From: Iphione sp. A-MEVVRFRX5
Taxonomy: Eukaryota
Assembly: GCA_976226885.1 (NCBI GenBank)
Contig: OZ320314.1
Span: 34,348,001 to 34,412,000 of the forward strand
Length of the DNA stretch: 64,000 nt
Direction: 5' to 3'
The notes below the pieces were generated by a model. That model was not told the DNA's origin and ran no database searches. It worked only from the letters and a program-made list of their open reading frames with translations. Positions 51,894 through 64,000 of this stretch are shown here, piece by piece; positions within the stretch are counted from its first letter, which is position 1; each line of letters starts with the position of its first letter. The position numbers were made by a program, and so were the translations under genes.

Positions 51894-54332
51894 ATACAGA
51901 TACTATTTCGGTACACCAGATGACTTGCTTTAGAGTTACCAGTTAGCGCACTGGAACCTTTGACTGACCGCTAGACGGCTCCCTCTTGATGTGGCTGAAG
52001 CAGGTAGCTGCTTTACAAGCGCCCTCTCCCACCTGATCGGCCCCGTGATCGCCTGACAAGCCAGCATCAAAGGCAACATTATACATACACCTGTGATCAG
52101 TGGCGATCACCTGCCCCACGAGGAAACCATTAGTAGGGTGTTGGCTGGGGGGGGGGCGTTGCTGCTTGTATGCATGCATAAGAGACGCCGATTGGCGCGG
52201 AAGAGAAGGAGAGGGGAACCAAAAAACACCTGTCAAAGAAGCAAGCAGGCTGTTTGGAGTTACGGACTTAGGTCGGATTTGGAGAAATTGAAACAATTAT
52301 AACAGTCTGCAAGCATACAACTCTTACTGGGCCAGTGCTAGTACTTTGATTTATCAATATCCAAAGAAGGGATACTGTCTAGATGATCTTTGCAGCAGAG
52401 GGATGATCTTGCATGAGATAATTTAATCGCTAGAGCAGATGCGATGAAAAAGGTTTTTGTTTCATGCTGCGTATCTAACACAGAAGTGGGAAGAATTTTG
52501 CACTACCCATGATATTAAATCCGTGGCGTATTCTTTAGATCCTGTGGCGAGAATGTTGAGGACTGGCTGAAGGAACATTGGCATGTGTATAATCAAGATA
52601 GTTTCATGTTCTCGCTGATATATTCATGCACAACCAAATCCTAGTTCCTCGTAGAATATTCAGCTATTCCGCTGTTCCAGATACTACCCTTGTATGGTCA
52701 GGCTGCCAACTCTGCCCGAACCTTTCCCGTATAATGCAGCTGCCACAGGCTCTGACAGGTGGAAGTTGCAGGTTGGGTGGGGGGTGAGGGGTTGTTAACT
52801 ACCCGACCTCAATGACCACTCTACATGCAGCTCCAAGACTCTAAGGTACCCGTTGTTTTATTACAGAAAGCTACCAAGGTCCCAATTGGTCGGGGGTCTA
52901 CAGTAATGGGAAAGAGAAGCGAGACTAGAGTTTATGATCCTAGCACTATGCAAGCTGGAGCCCTGTGGAGGGCTGGTGTATGGAGAGATCTGCACTTGTA
53001 TTGCTGTAGCCGTAATGCCTCTGTGATACAGACATGATATACCGTCGCTATGTCCATCACTCTGACATTATTGATGTGGTGATATACATTTAATCTCATT
53101 CTCTCCCATATCTATTTAATAATAAGTCAAAAAGAAAATTGAAAATTCGATGAAACTAGCTCTACATATTGATTCTGAAAGAAAATACCAACTACGCTGT
53201 TCGGTCACGACACCAAGTAGTATATGGAAATTAACATTTTCGCCGGCTACACACATACTGTCTTTGTATTCCTAATTTTGCGAATCCTTTGACGGAAATA
53301 TTTCCCATCGCCGGTCTGAAAAGGCAAAAGGAATCAAGTACACTATGTATGGTTATTCTGGAGAAACCCCACCACCCCTTTCGGCCTTGTTCCTCCAGCC
53401 CGCTTTCACAGGGAAGTGCATTCACCTCACTCTCCTTCGTGCGCCCGGTCGGAATGACTAAGCGCGACTGCTAATTCGCATTATGCAAATGACCGCAGGA
53501 GGTAAGCAATAAGCGGTGTCCCGGCAAACGGGATGACGTCTGTCTGACGTCTGTTCCACGTCGAATCCACCAGGCCGACGGATGTCTGCGCCTCTGCTTC
53601 TCCCGCAACACGTGTTCTGCATGTGTCACGTTCTAGTCGGGCGATAGAATAACTCCCCTTGTCGTCTGTTCGTGCGGTTGTCAGCCGACCGGAAGTCAGC
53701 GGAAATGTGACAGAGAATATAGATGCGTGATAGGTGGTCATTCCTACGAATATATTCGTGAATGGTTCCTCCTTACGAACAAAAGGCTTTACTAAAGTGT
53801 CGTACATATAAATACGTACAGGCGAAACAAGCGCTTCCTTGTAGAGGATCGTTATGTAAAAGAATGCTGTTTTTTTAGCGTAAAGGACGTTCAGAATAAA
53901 ATATTTGTTATGGCTGTGGGTAATGTTCTCCCGACCCTTGTGTTCTGTGAGCTACATGTAGTAAAGTTAGGTCAGATGGCCAAGGTGTAGCAAACATCAT
54001 GAGAGTTGGGAATAGATAAAAACCTACATGGTAATTTTCTGTCTCATAAGATGGTGTTCTCGCTACTTCTAGAACGAAGCTACCTGGGTTATTATCCAAC
54101 AGTGGTACTCTTCCGGCCACAAGGCCTCTGACCGCTATTGTGTTAGGCGGATGTCGTCACCTCATCAACCTTCATCCCCGCTTCTCCATCGTTGCCAGGA
54201 GGTTGACCGCTCACAGACGTCATTAGTAGACGCGCCGACAGAATGCCCAACTGAGATGACCTCTTTGTTGGCCACTAGAGATCACTGGCAGGAGCCCATC
54301 TCAGGGGTAGTAGTATGGTAGTGTTCTGTAGA

Positions 54333-54367
54333 GGGCGGGGGGGCGGGGGGGGACGGGGGCGGTGGGG
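54333..54367 (+). other. G-quadruplex-forming motif
   Basis: GGGCGGGGGGGCGGGGGGGGACGGGGGCGGTGGGG has at least four G3+ tracts with short loops. Confidence 0.7.
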
Positions 54368-54681
54368 AGTTGCGCAGGCGGATGACAGATGACAGAGTCC
54401 AACAGGGGTGGTGGTATGGTCGCAAACAGCCGTTGTAAGGACTGTGACAACGTCAAAGGGCAAACCAATATACGCTTGCTTGCCGGGCACTTTACCAGCA
54501 CAGCGCTGATTCCGCATGTAGCAAGGTAGATTCATTCGTCTATCGGTATAAATAAGTGGGCGGTTGTATATTGTTTTTGAAGGTATCAAATACAGCGAAC
54601 ACTTGTTATTGCGACGTTGCTTGGTTCCAAAGGATTGTGTCAGTAATGGGGCAATATCGAGAATTTTACTCTGTATGAAGT

Positions 54682-55101
54682 TTCATTCTGTATCCAGAAA
54701 ATGTGATTAGCATAGCATAGGATTACTGAGGTGCGGACATAGCGAGAGGTGACGGATTACTGAGGTGTTACAATAGCGAGGGGCTACTGTTAATTGGTTT
54801 CAATGAGGAACTGTCTGCATGCATGCATAACAAGGCACGAGTACCCTTATAGAGAATATCTTCTTGTAAACTGTTTGCCAGACAATTTCTTCGTCAATGC
54901 GGGCAAGTGTACAGAAACATTTTTATTCTGTACCAAAAAATGTGGTTCGAATAGTGAGGTGACTCATTACTAAGGTGTTCGACTAGTGAAGGCTACTGAA
55001 AGTGGTTTTACTGAGGAAGTGTCTGCACTCATAACGTATGAGTACCCCTATAGAGAGATGAATTGTTTGCAACGCAATTTATAGTGTGGGCAAATGTACA
55101 G
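54682..55101. repeat. Old diverged tandem duplication (about 180-230 bp units) with a nested 27-bp duplication
   Basis: Copy A (54682-54914) and copy B (54921-55101) share colinear blocks: TTCTGTA..AAAATGTG, GTGAC..ATTACT.AGGTGTT, GGCTACTG, TGAGGAA.TGTCTGCA, GAGTACCC.TATAGAGA, TGTTTGC, GGGCAA.TGTACAG. Copy A also carries GGATTACTGAGGTG...ATAGCGAG twice (54720-54746, 54754-54780). Confidence 0.85.
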
Positions 55102-56144
55102 TAAAGGGACTCGACAACACAGAGAATCCGAGAACGGGGAATACTGATGCATTCAAATAGATTGTGGCAGGAGGAGAAGAATGTATTAACTATTCTAGTA
55201 TTCGTAGTAACAAGCGGCCTGAAACACGACGCCTTCGCTGCCTTTATAGTCACATTGGACTTGCTGGGCTGCTCACCTTGGCCCAGGAGCGACTCATCCA
55301 ATGCATGCGCGAGCAGTTCGTGGCGCTCCCTGGTCAATGGCTGTCACTTGCAGCCGTCCTCAGGGGCAACTCACGTTGTCAGCTCCAGGTGGGGCGGGCA
55401 CGCCCGGCGTGGACACTGTCCCTCCGTCTACTCGGCCTTAATCACATTGTCTCCGACCGCCGGTCTTAATACGGACCGGTGATTTTATTAAGCGGCACGG
55501 TCACATTGATTGCAACGTCACACCGTATTGTATTAATGCCTTAGTCATCTTACTTTTGTGCCCTGATTGCTTTAGAGACCTTTATTGACCCACAAACATC
55601 ACCTCTCCTGCCGAGAATCGGGAGCCAAACTTTTTCCCGGAGAACAAATTGTAGGAGCACTGGAATTAACCTGTGGCGGGTGACAGCAGGCGGTGAGGTT
55701 CGAGTAGAGTATATTGATGTCCACATTTTTTTACAGTAATACGATGTTCCCTCGTGACGAACCACCGAGACACCTGAGGACCCATTGTAGTCCCGCCAAG
55801 CGACACAGAGTTCCTCCGTGTCACCTCCCGAGCTAATTGCACGATCATTAGTAAACTCGCTAGGTTCTACCAGCTGCAATTAGCATTTACTCTAAGGGTC
55901 AGCTGTAGTCGACGTGTTCAATTCTAATGACTTCCGTGGATCAAGAAAGACCTTAGAGTTTACACGGCATACTGAAGTTCTACAATGTCGGAATGAGTTT
56001 GTACTTCAATTCCTTCTTTAAAGCCTGATCCGACCAAATTTGCAGTACAGGAAAGGCAAGACTTTAAAAAACGATTCAGCACCACTGATTCCACAGGAGT
56101 GTTAAACCAGATACCTTTTTTGTGAACCCGAACCCACGCCCAAC

Positions 56145-56170
56145 CACACACACACACACACACACACACA
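56145..56170. repeat. (CA)13 microsatellite
   Basis: Perfect CA run. Confidence 0.95.
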
Positions 56171-58873
56171 CGACTTCCTACGCTCTACACCTCCATGGAG
56201 CTCAAGAGTGCTTCACATGGCAGATAACCTCTGTCCCATAAATGGTAGGCCAACACTTAACCACACAACTGCACAATTTCACGCTAGTCGGAAGTGGGCC
56301 ATACACACGGGTACCGGTTCCCACAGACAGGCAAAGCCCGAACGGGCCTTGTTCGTGTTCGCTCCTATGAGTAGAGCCATCAGACGGCGCTGGCAGTCGC
56401 GGAATATAAATGCATTTCTCCGTTATCGGTGTCAACCACTCGGCCGTCGGGTAGCCAGGCACTTCTTGACCAGCCATCTATTTAGGACTACGCTTTCCCT
56501 ATTTCTCCATTTCTGACCATTACAGTCGGGGGTTATTGCGCCAGGGGTAATGGAGGCGAACACCGCAGTTTAAGCCAACATGCAAATGGCGGGGGATATG
56601 TATGGGTTGGATTCGTCGACAAGATAGTAAATTTTCTGGTAAATGCTGCTCGCGTAAGGCGGTGGGCAGGATGGCCCTAAGAGGCGGAGAGTTGTACGGG
56701 GAAGCGAAGCTTGGGAGGGGCCAGAATGCCTTATTGGCCTCTCTGGTGGGTCAGGACATTAGCCTTGGGGCGGAGGGCTGGGCGGGACCTCCTGGGGAAA
56801 GCGGTTCCACCCTACGTTATGCCCAGACGGGTTTCCTTGTAACCAGGTTCGTGATGGAATGCGACAAGGGCGAGTCTAGTCTGCAAGACTGAGTCTGCGA
56901 CTTGTAGATTTCACGGTTGATTTCGACTACAAATAGCTGTCACGGTCAGATAAATGGAGCCATCCCTCAAGCTATCTCTCATTGATCGAAGTAAGATTAC
57001 GGCCAGGCTTAGCCCCTGGCCTAGCCCAGGGTGCCGGCTTTTTATATGTTTGTCACGCTCTGCTTTCTTCCCTTTAGGGCAATGAGCCTTGAATGAGCCC
57101 GCCTCTTCGATTGGCACAGCAATGGTAAAAGAAGACAATATCTCGCAATTGATTCTAATAAAACTGGGACTGGTACTGCAACATGCGGCATTTAACAGTA
57201 CTTTGTCGTGCCATCCAATCAACTTGTCCATGTAACATTAAAGATTTCTCTTTGTGTTGCCAAAGGTGTACTTCTTATGAGGTTACTTTTCCCACAGATA
57301 AGATATCGCTTTTAACATCCTTTACGAGGTTGGCTCGACGCTAGGGCCATCGCCAATAGGAAGCCACATGGGGAGCCATGTGGGAGGTCCGGTTCCTGTT
57401 TCAGAGACTTCCACAGCCTTCCCCTGTCCCCGCATTGTGATGTCCTTCCTTGTATGTCAGAGGAACTGCGCGGTGGTTGCCCCCTGAAGGGAGGATGGGC
57501 GCCTGGAGAGTCTCTTCCTGACCTGTGAGGTCCCCGGGGCTATTGGTGGGGCCTGATCTCTCGTGCCCGTCCCACGACAGGCGCGCGCCACCCACTCACT
57601 TCCAATCTGCCTTACAAGTGGGCGCCGAAACGGGTTGGATCGCGACGAATTAACCAGCAGTCCCCGGTGCGTGAGAGTGTGGACGCCGTGTTTGGCCTGT
57701 CAAGCTTGATCAAGCCTTTGGGTCAAGACTTAAAGCATTGAGGGCAACGCAAATATCCGTGTACACACTAAAGCAGCTGAAGATCGCAGCAATATAACTA
57801 TGAAGTAGGGACAGTGACAGGACTTACTGAAGACAAGATAATTGATAAGGAGTCGAAGGAAATTGAGCATTTTCTAACTATGTCATACAATTTCAAATTG
57901 CAGATCCCCATTTTAGATTTCTCTTTTTTGGTTCATTCAATTGAACTGAAATAAAAACATTTGTGTTTGTGGCACAAAAAGTCTGAAACAAACATGGGAT
58001 ACATCCATGCCCACTGCTACAACCGCCTTGATAATATTGCGACGGAACTAGTCTATACAACTTGGCTAAAAGCAAAAGCTTGCAACTTGGTAAATCCTAA
58101 GCTTCGAGTAAATAGCGAGGTAATAATCGAATCTAAATGGAATTTTATTAAGGAAATATGACTCCAAATCCACATTACTCGAAATCTGAATGAAAGTACT
58201 TAAAATGATAACCATTTCAGATGTCATGACCTGGCTGTATACAATGGAGACGGCACTATATACGCGGAAGATAGCAATCTAAAAATGACTGTTGAAATAC
58301 TTTCAGGCAACTTTTCCTCTGGATGAGTGCAACAAAATACAGTGTATGCGCAATAGAATAAGGATAATTCCAGAATGGGTGTCAGAATTTCTGTTAGTAA
58401 CCAATATAGAGTTATATACACTGATTGTACGTTAGGCCTATATTTAGAACAGAATAAAATCAAAAGGGTTTCCTTATGATATTCAGGCTTTATGTCCGAC
58501 AAACCTCTAGGAATGGTGTTTCCGTTTTAGCGGCTATAGTGAGAACACTAATTAAGAGTTGTATCACATGTTTGAGGATCTGCTGTACATATTAGACGCC
58601 CTAGATAACCTTGTTACACGATAGAGTAAAGGCATTATTATCGTAAATGAGAATTGACTAATTTTAGGCAATGGCAGCCTAGAAGCGATGCAATACATAG
58701 ATAAACAGATACATGTAGCTCCATCTGCATTGGACAGGAAAAGTTTTGTCAAAGAAGGATCGAAGCAATATTAACCAAATATGGAATTTAAACGCCAGTT
58801 GTATAACCACTAAAACATGGAATACACTGCCGATGAAGGGAATGACCAGAATCCAACAAAATGATAGAAGTAA

Positions 58874-58913
58874 AACTGCGGGGATGCACTAAGAACTGCA
58901 GTGATGCACTGAG
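58874..58913. repeat. 20-bp tandem duplication
   Basis: AACTGCGGGGATGCACTAAG followed directly by AACTGCAGTGATGCACTGAG. Confidence 0.8.
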
Positions 58914-61120
58914 GAATGCTTTACGAACTGGTAGACAGGGGTTGATTTATTTACTTTATTCAAAATCATTGTTAAGTTGGAGCATTACATATACATTTAT
59001 GACATGATTTCCACACACTCAATATCTGAATGTACCTGATTTCTAAAAGATTCCCTTTGATTGTAGATAGCTTTTTATTATAGAAACATTACTCAATATT
59101 CAAACACGGGCCTAGTAAAAATATGTTTCCGGTAACCTGACCCACCCTACATTTTGGCTAGTTGTAACTTTTGTAATTGTACATGTACCCGGTACATTAA
59201 CTAGACATAGTCTGATATCCATTAAAAACGGCAAATAAAACACGCTAAAGGCAATAAAAATTATATCAGGTCGATAATGTCCAAGGGCCAGCACGACAGA
59301 GTAAACAATAAATGGAAGACAGTTATTCTCCAAAATTTTTGTCGCCTGCTTCTCTTTCAGAGAACATGGGCTCAAAGTTTCTTAATTGATTTTCTATCAT
59401 CTTATCAACTTTGTCCAAGCCTCCTGTGTCTCGTAAGTCAGCCGATTCCTTGGATACAGATATATGTATCATATTTCCTCTGATGTGAAACTTTCTTGAT
59501 GTATATAAGCGAATGGTGGTGTGTGTAAGATCATGTTGAGCGCCCATTAGAATGGTTAGGTCCGAAGTTTTCCGACTCGATCGTAGGCCCCATCAGCTGA
59601 TGGAATATTACCTTGACCGCATCGAGTGACCTGATAGGGTTGATAAGAACGAATCTGGCCACATTTATCTTGATTGTGCCTAACAGCCAAAGAGGGAGCC
59701 ACCTCAGTGGGGCAGAAAAGGCGGAGTATGAAGAGATTACCCCCAGCCTAACACGATCAAAAGAAAATCAATCGCTGAAACAATTTTACTGAAATGACCA
59801 CAGAAAAACCGTTCGGGCACAAATCAAAAGGGCCTCGTCTATACTCTGACCAATGAGCGGTCAATGCAATTTCATTCACAGCTGAAGGGATCGGGCTCTC
59901 TATTTAGACTTGTCGTGTATCTCAATTGCTTTTAATGAAATGTCATTTAATCCATCCTTTAAGTTGACATTGTCAGGGTCTGCTATTGGGGACGGACAGC
60001 GATACACAAAATAGCTTAAAAGCGGTTGAGAAGGTTCGCTATACATATACTGTCTTCACAAATACGTCTCTATTATACACAGCTGACTACCATTTAGATG
60101 CCAGGCATAAAAATCATAATGGAAATGGATTAAGGTCTAAAATGTTTTCATTATGGTTAACGTGATTTACATTCATAAAGCATGATTGTGTGGATTCCTT
60201 TTCGTGCTATAGAAGCCTTTCGAAACTGATTTTCGTTAAAGGCTTCGCCGCAAACTAGAGGCACAGCAGGGGTTTGTTGAAAAACACTCTTTCCATGTGC
60301 TTTATTCTTCTTGACGTGGATTGGACCGGTCAGCATTGGTAGGCTGACAAAGCAGGGCATCAACTGTTCGTAATGTCCCATAACACCGGTAGGTGGATGG
60401 GATAGAATAGGTTGCTCTGTGTTGGGCCCCCTCGCAGACCCCTCTGTTCCATTAGATGCAAGTTTAAAGCTATTCCTATCCGGCAGATGTATTCTTCCAG
60501 GAGAGACTGCAATGGCCTAAGGTCATGCGAACCTTACCGCCCTTTAGCCGTTACACTGATTGGAAGGTTCACCTTCTACTCTCAGGGTGTCTTATGAGGT
60601 GGCACGCTCCATTTACTGACCACATTAACACGGCCAGATCTGTCTGCGGTGGCACCCTAAATGATACAGAGCCTCAAGAGAGGAGATGTCTGTCCGCTCA
60701 TACCCTTAGTCCTCACCGTTATTGTAATAAAGCACACCTGAACACAATGGAGCTACCATCCCTGCTGTCCCTTTCATGTGTTGTGATTTCTGGTCCTTTC
60801 CCCCATAATTCTAACACAGTTTCTCATGTACATTGTGGCCTGATATTATTATCAGTCAATGTAAATGTTACATCTGCTAAGTATATCCTTTGGTTGAATT
60901 ATATTCTCTGCGGATATCATCTTTATCAACATCAGACCCTTAAAGTGCATATGCACACAAAATGTGTAATAGATTTAAATATGATCGGATCCTAGATATT
61001 CAAAGAGAGACTGCTGTTCCATATGTGTGTGTTGAGGTGTGTTACATGTCTATTGTTCATTATCTGACATTGCTCAATAATGTACACGCAGAGATACCAA
61101 TGCACGGGAATGGATAAGTG

Positions 61121-61150
61121 TTTCCTCATATTTCCTCACTTTTCCTCACT
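61121..61150. repeat. 10-bp tandem repeat x3
   Basis: TTTCCTCATA TTTCCTCACT TTTCCTCACT, with further TCCTCA units at about 61179-61194. Confidence 0.85.
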
Positions 61151-61812
61151 CATAAACAGATTGCACATTTACGCACAATTCCTCACATCCTCATACTTTT
61201 TACAGTGAAACGTGCTGTTTTTAGCTGCCATTGCCATCAAATCCCAGTTTTCATAATATTTTCAGTGAAATTCACCATTTTTAGCCACTATTTTCACACA
61301 TAGCTCTCTCTCTCATGCAACTCTCATGCAAACTCAAAAGACTTCATATACAGCTATGGATCCACATATTTAACCACCACTACTAATCTTATGAGAGCAT
61401 TTACCTTGATGTATCTGCCCATATCTGCAGCTACAGATCTGCAGACATAGATGACAAACTGGTCCAGGATACATTTTCTAGATCTACAGATGCGTAGTGC
61501 ATGGAAAGTAATAGTACAAAGACATGTGGTTAACATATATAATCAATTAAGATACACGCAGCAGGAGGTAATCCACATCTCCATAACCTTACATGTAGTC
61601 TTCGTCCACAATTTATATGTGCACATATGAATAGCCCCTAATGCAGGCCAACGCAGGTATGGAAACCAGGCCTTACTCTATGTAAAGTATAGCTGCCTTT
61701 GTCTTGTGTTTCTTGATATGGAGACAAAACAGAGACAACACAGACATCGGACAGCCAGGTAGTGTTGGTTTCTGCGCACATATCATTGTATGATATCAAA
61801 TTATGATTATAA

Positions 61813-61853
61813 TACTCGATACTGGTCATCTTACTCGATACTGTTTATCTTAC
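61813..61853. repeat. 19-bp tandem duplication
   Basis: TACTCGATACTGGTCATCT followed by TACTCGATACTGTTTATCT and TAC. Confidence 0.8.
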
Positions 61854-63499
61854 ACAACACCCACGGCTTTCTCCTCGAACTTGTCGTTACTGCCTTTGAT
61901 CTGCAAACTCTGTGGTCTCACGAATGTATTATATCTTGAGAGTTGCAGAATATGAAGAACCCACTTCAAAAGGTAAAGTATGTTTTCTTAATAACAGCAT
62001 GATCGTTGGCTAACTCTTATAAGGGTGTAATAAACATACATAATGAAGATTTAGGTGGTATCAAGTCAGAGACGAAAGAATGCATGTAAATTAATGGTCG
62101 TGAAAGTGATCTGTGAGCCTCCGCCCAAAATCGAAGGAATAAGAAGACATGATACAATGAGCAGACTGATTCGGTGTGCATGAATCTTACGATTAGTTTA
62201 AGGCTGTGCATGAATTAATTATGGACAATTGCAAATCAGGCTACATGGGAAATTATATAGTAGCGTGGTAAAGAGGAACCCTGTTCCGCCTTGTGGAGGG
62301 CAGTCCCGTATGCCCCATATGCAACCTTTAACTGAGTGTGCGAGATGAAGATTACTGCGGCCTCCATGCAAACCCGCATTACACAACTCTAAAAAAAAAT
62401 CGAGTGTTGCGTACAGATAGTGCAACAACTGTTATTCTCGGTTCTTACTGCATTTTCATATCCGTAATGATTAGGAGACTTGGTGTAATAGGGTATGTTT
62501 TTTATGAATTCCTTTGAGACCTGATGATACCTCTTCTGGCTATCAATCACCAACACAAACCCAAAATTTGGTTAAAGAAAAACTTTAATAAACTTTGTCC
62601 ACATTTAACAAAACCAAAGCTAGAGCTCTGTAGGAGGCATATGTGTGCCACATTTTTCGATTTCCAGGACCTAACTGTTAAGAGGGCACTTACAGTAAAT
62701 ATACGCCCTATTACATACAAGCACAAATATGATGTATACAGTCTACCATCTGCTTTTAATAGTATAGAAACCTGTCTAACTTCCCAGATATATATTGGCA
62801 CAAACCAATCACCCATCCTCATTAGAGGAAGTGTTTAGTATCCGTTTTCAGGGGCACTGTGTGCAGATATACTAACCAATCTATTATACTGCATCACAAG
62901 TCAGGCATTACAAGGGAAAGCTGTATCTGAAACCATCCACTAAGCCCCTTTTAATGAACTATTTCCTTCATTTTCAACTTATATACATTAATCACCATCT
63001 AGGATAAGGTAGTCATTCATGCTCTGGCCGCCTGGCTGTAATGGATCTTAGCGTGCGATCATCTTCTCATTACCTCCACTGTGGCTGCGGCCGGACGTTT
63101 GGCATGCTGCACTGATTTTTATCGTTTGTCTAATGCGGATGTCCTCCACAGAGAAAAGAACAATGGCCTTAAGAGTTAGAGCGCGGTGATTGTTCCGTCT
63201 GGGTTTCTTTGACAGTGTGCTATCCTTAGGGCTTCGCTCTCAGCGAGCTGGCCGGCTATGCTTGTAATACCCAGTTAGTGGAAGTTGTCAGAGCAAGGGT
63301 TTGTAGATGACGGGGAGAGCTCGGATGTAGTGAGTAGTAGGGGCCGGGAGTAATTTTTTCAGGCACTAGAGCGATGCGAGGCAGGCAGTTTCTACTTAGC
63401 GTGTTTTGCCACCGGATTACAATGTTAGCTATTGGTATTCCGACTTGACATCGGCCCATGTGGTGCGGTCCTGTCCCGTCCAATACTGCAATCAGACCT

Positions 63500-64000
63500 T
63501 GCACTGGGCTAGTTAGTTCCCACTCCCTTCGGCTCGGCCGGCGGTCGTGGCTCAACTACAAAGTGAGTACTGGCCGACGGCTAACAGGGGCCGCCCACTC
63601 GGTTGGACAGCAACCAAATATATGCAAGGCCCTGCTGGGCAGAGACCGCCAGTCTGAGGGCGCGTTGAGGTGAGTCGGCGGCTTCCCGGGAAAGCACCAC
63701 CGCGGACGGCCCGAATAAACCCCGGGCCCGACTCAGGGCGTCGCATTCCTTCACTTCCGAGGAAGCCTCTTCCAAGACGAACCCGTTTGTTTTGTCCGTG
63801 TCAATAAACAATCAGAGACCGATTGCATCGATCTGTGCCCGCCGACCCTCCCCCGTCGCGGCGCCCCTCCTCCCCCTCCCCCCCCGCCCGACGATCAGGC
63901 CGCCAAGGCACACTGCCCTTCCTCCGGCGTTTGTTATTCCCGCCACGAACTAATTAAAACTTTGGGCCCTCCCGCCCTAACCTATGAGCAGGCGCCCAGT
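63500..64000. promoter_or_regulatory. CpG/GC-rich promoter-like region running off the window end
   Basis: Among the most GC/CpG-dense stretches in the window. Contains GC-box-like CCCGCCC (about 63883, 63971), ETS-type CACTTCCG (about 63752), a C-rich G4/i-motif tract at 63846-63889 and a consensus plus-strand donor GAG|GTGAGT at 63667-63675. No TSS evidence is available. Confidence 0.35.

Noticed and set aside
56075-56085. Left half of an RE1/NRSE motif (TTCAGCACCAC)
   Set aside because: The right half (GGACAG) is missing at the required spacing.
57619-57634. TGGGCGCCGAAACGGG resembling an LTR primer-binding site
   Set aside because: Imperfect match, no TG...CA LTR pair and no gag/pol remnants nearby.

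Overview
This 64 kb window looks like eukaryotic, essentially non-coding DNA. By eye it is roughly 43-45% GC with no obvious CpG depletion, sparse microsatellites and frequent TACATGTA-type motifs. That resembles an invertebrate animal genome such as amphioxus, but this is an inference only and the taxon cannot be confirmed from the sequence. I recognise no protein-coding exon, tRNA, rRNA, snRNA, miRNA or CRISPR array. The listed ORFs are short (longest 190 aa), overlap on all frames and show no recognisable domain, so I treat them as chance. The supportable features are: two related pogo/Tigger-like MITE relics (17775-17877 and 51710-51893); a young 71-bp x4 minisatellite; several short tandem duplications and microsatellites; G-quadruplex-type tracts; a perfect RFX X-box palindrome; and many CpG-retaining, motif-dense patches alternating with AT-rich spacers. 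Overall this fits a gene desert or giant intron in the regulatory landscape of a developmental gene lying outside the window. The most unusual single observation is a candidate recursive splice site (25/30-pyrimidine tract + CAG|GTACGT) at 31831-31869. I found no evidence of a novel protein-coding system.
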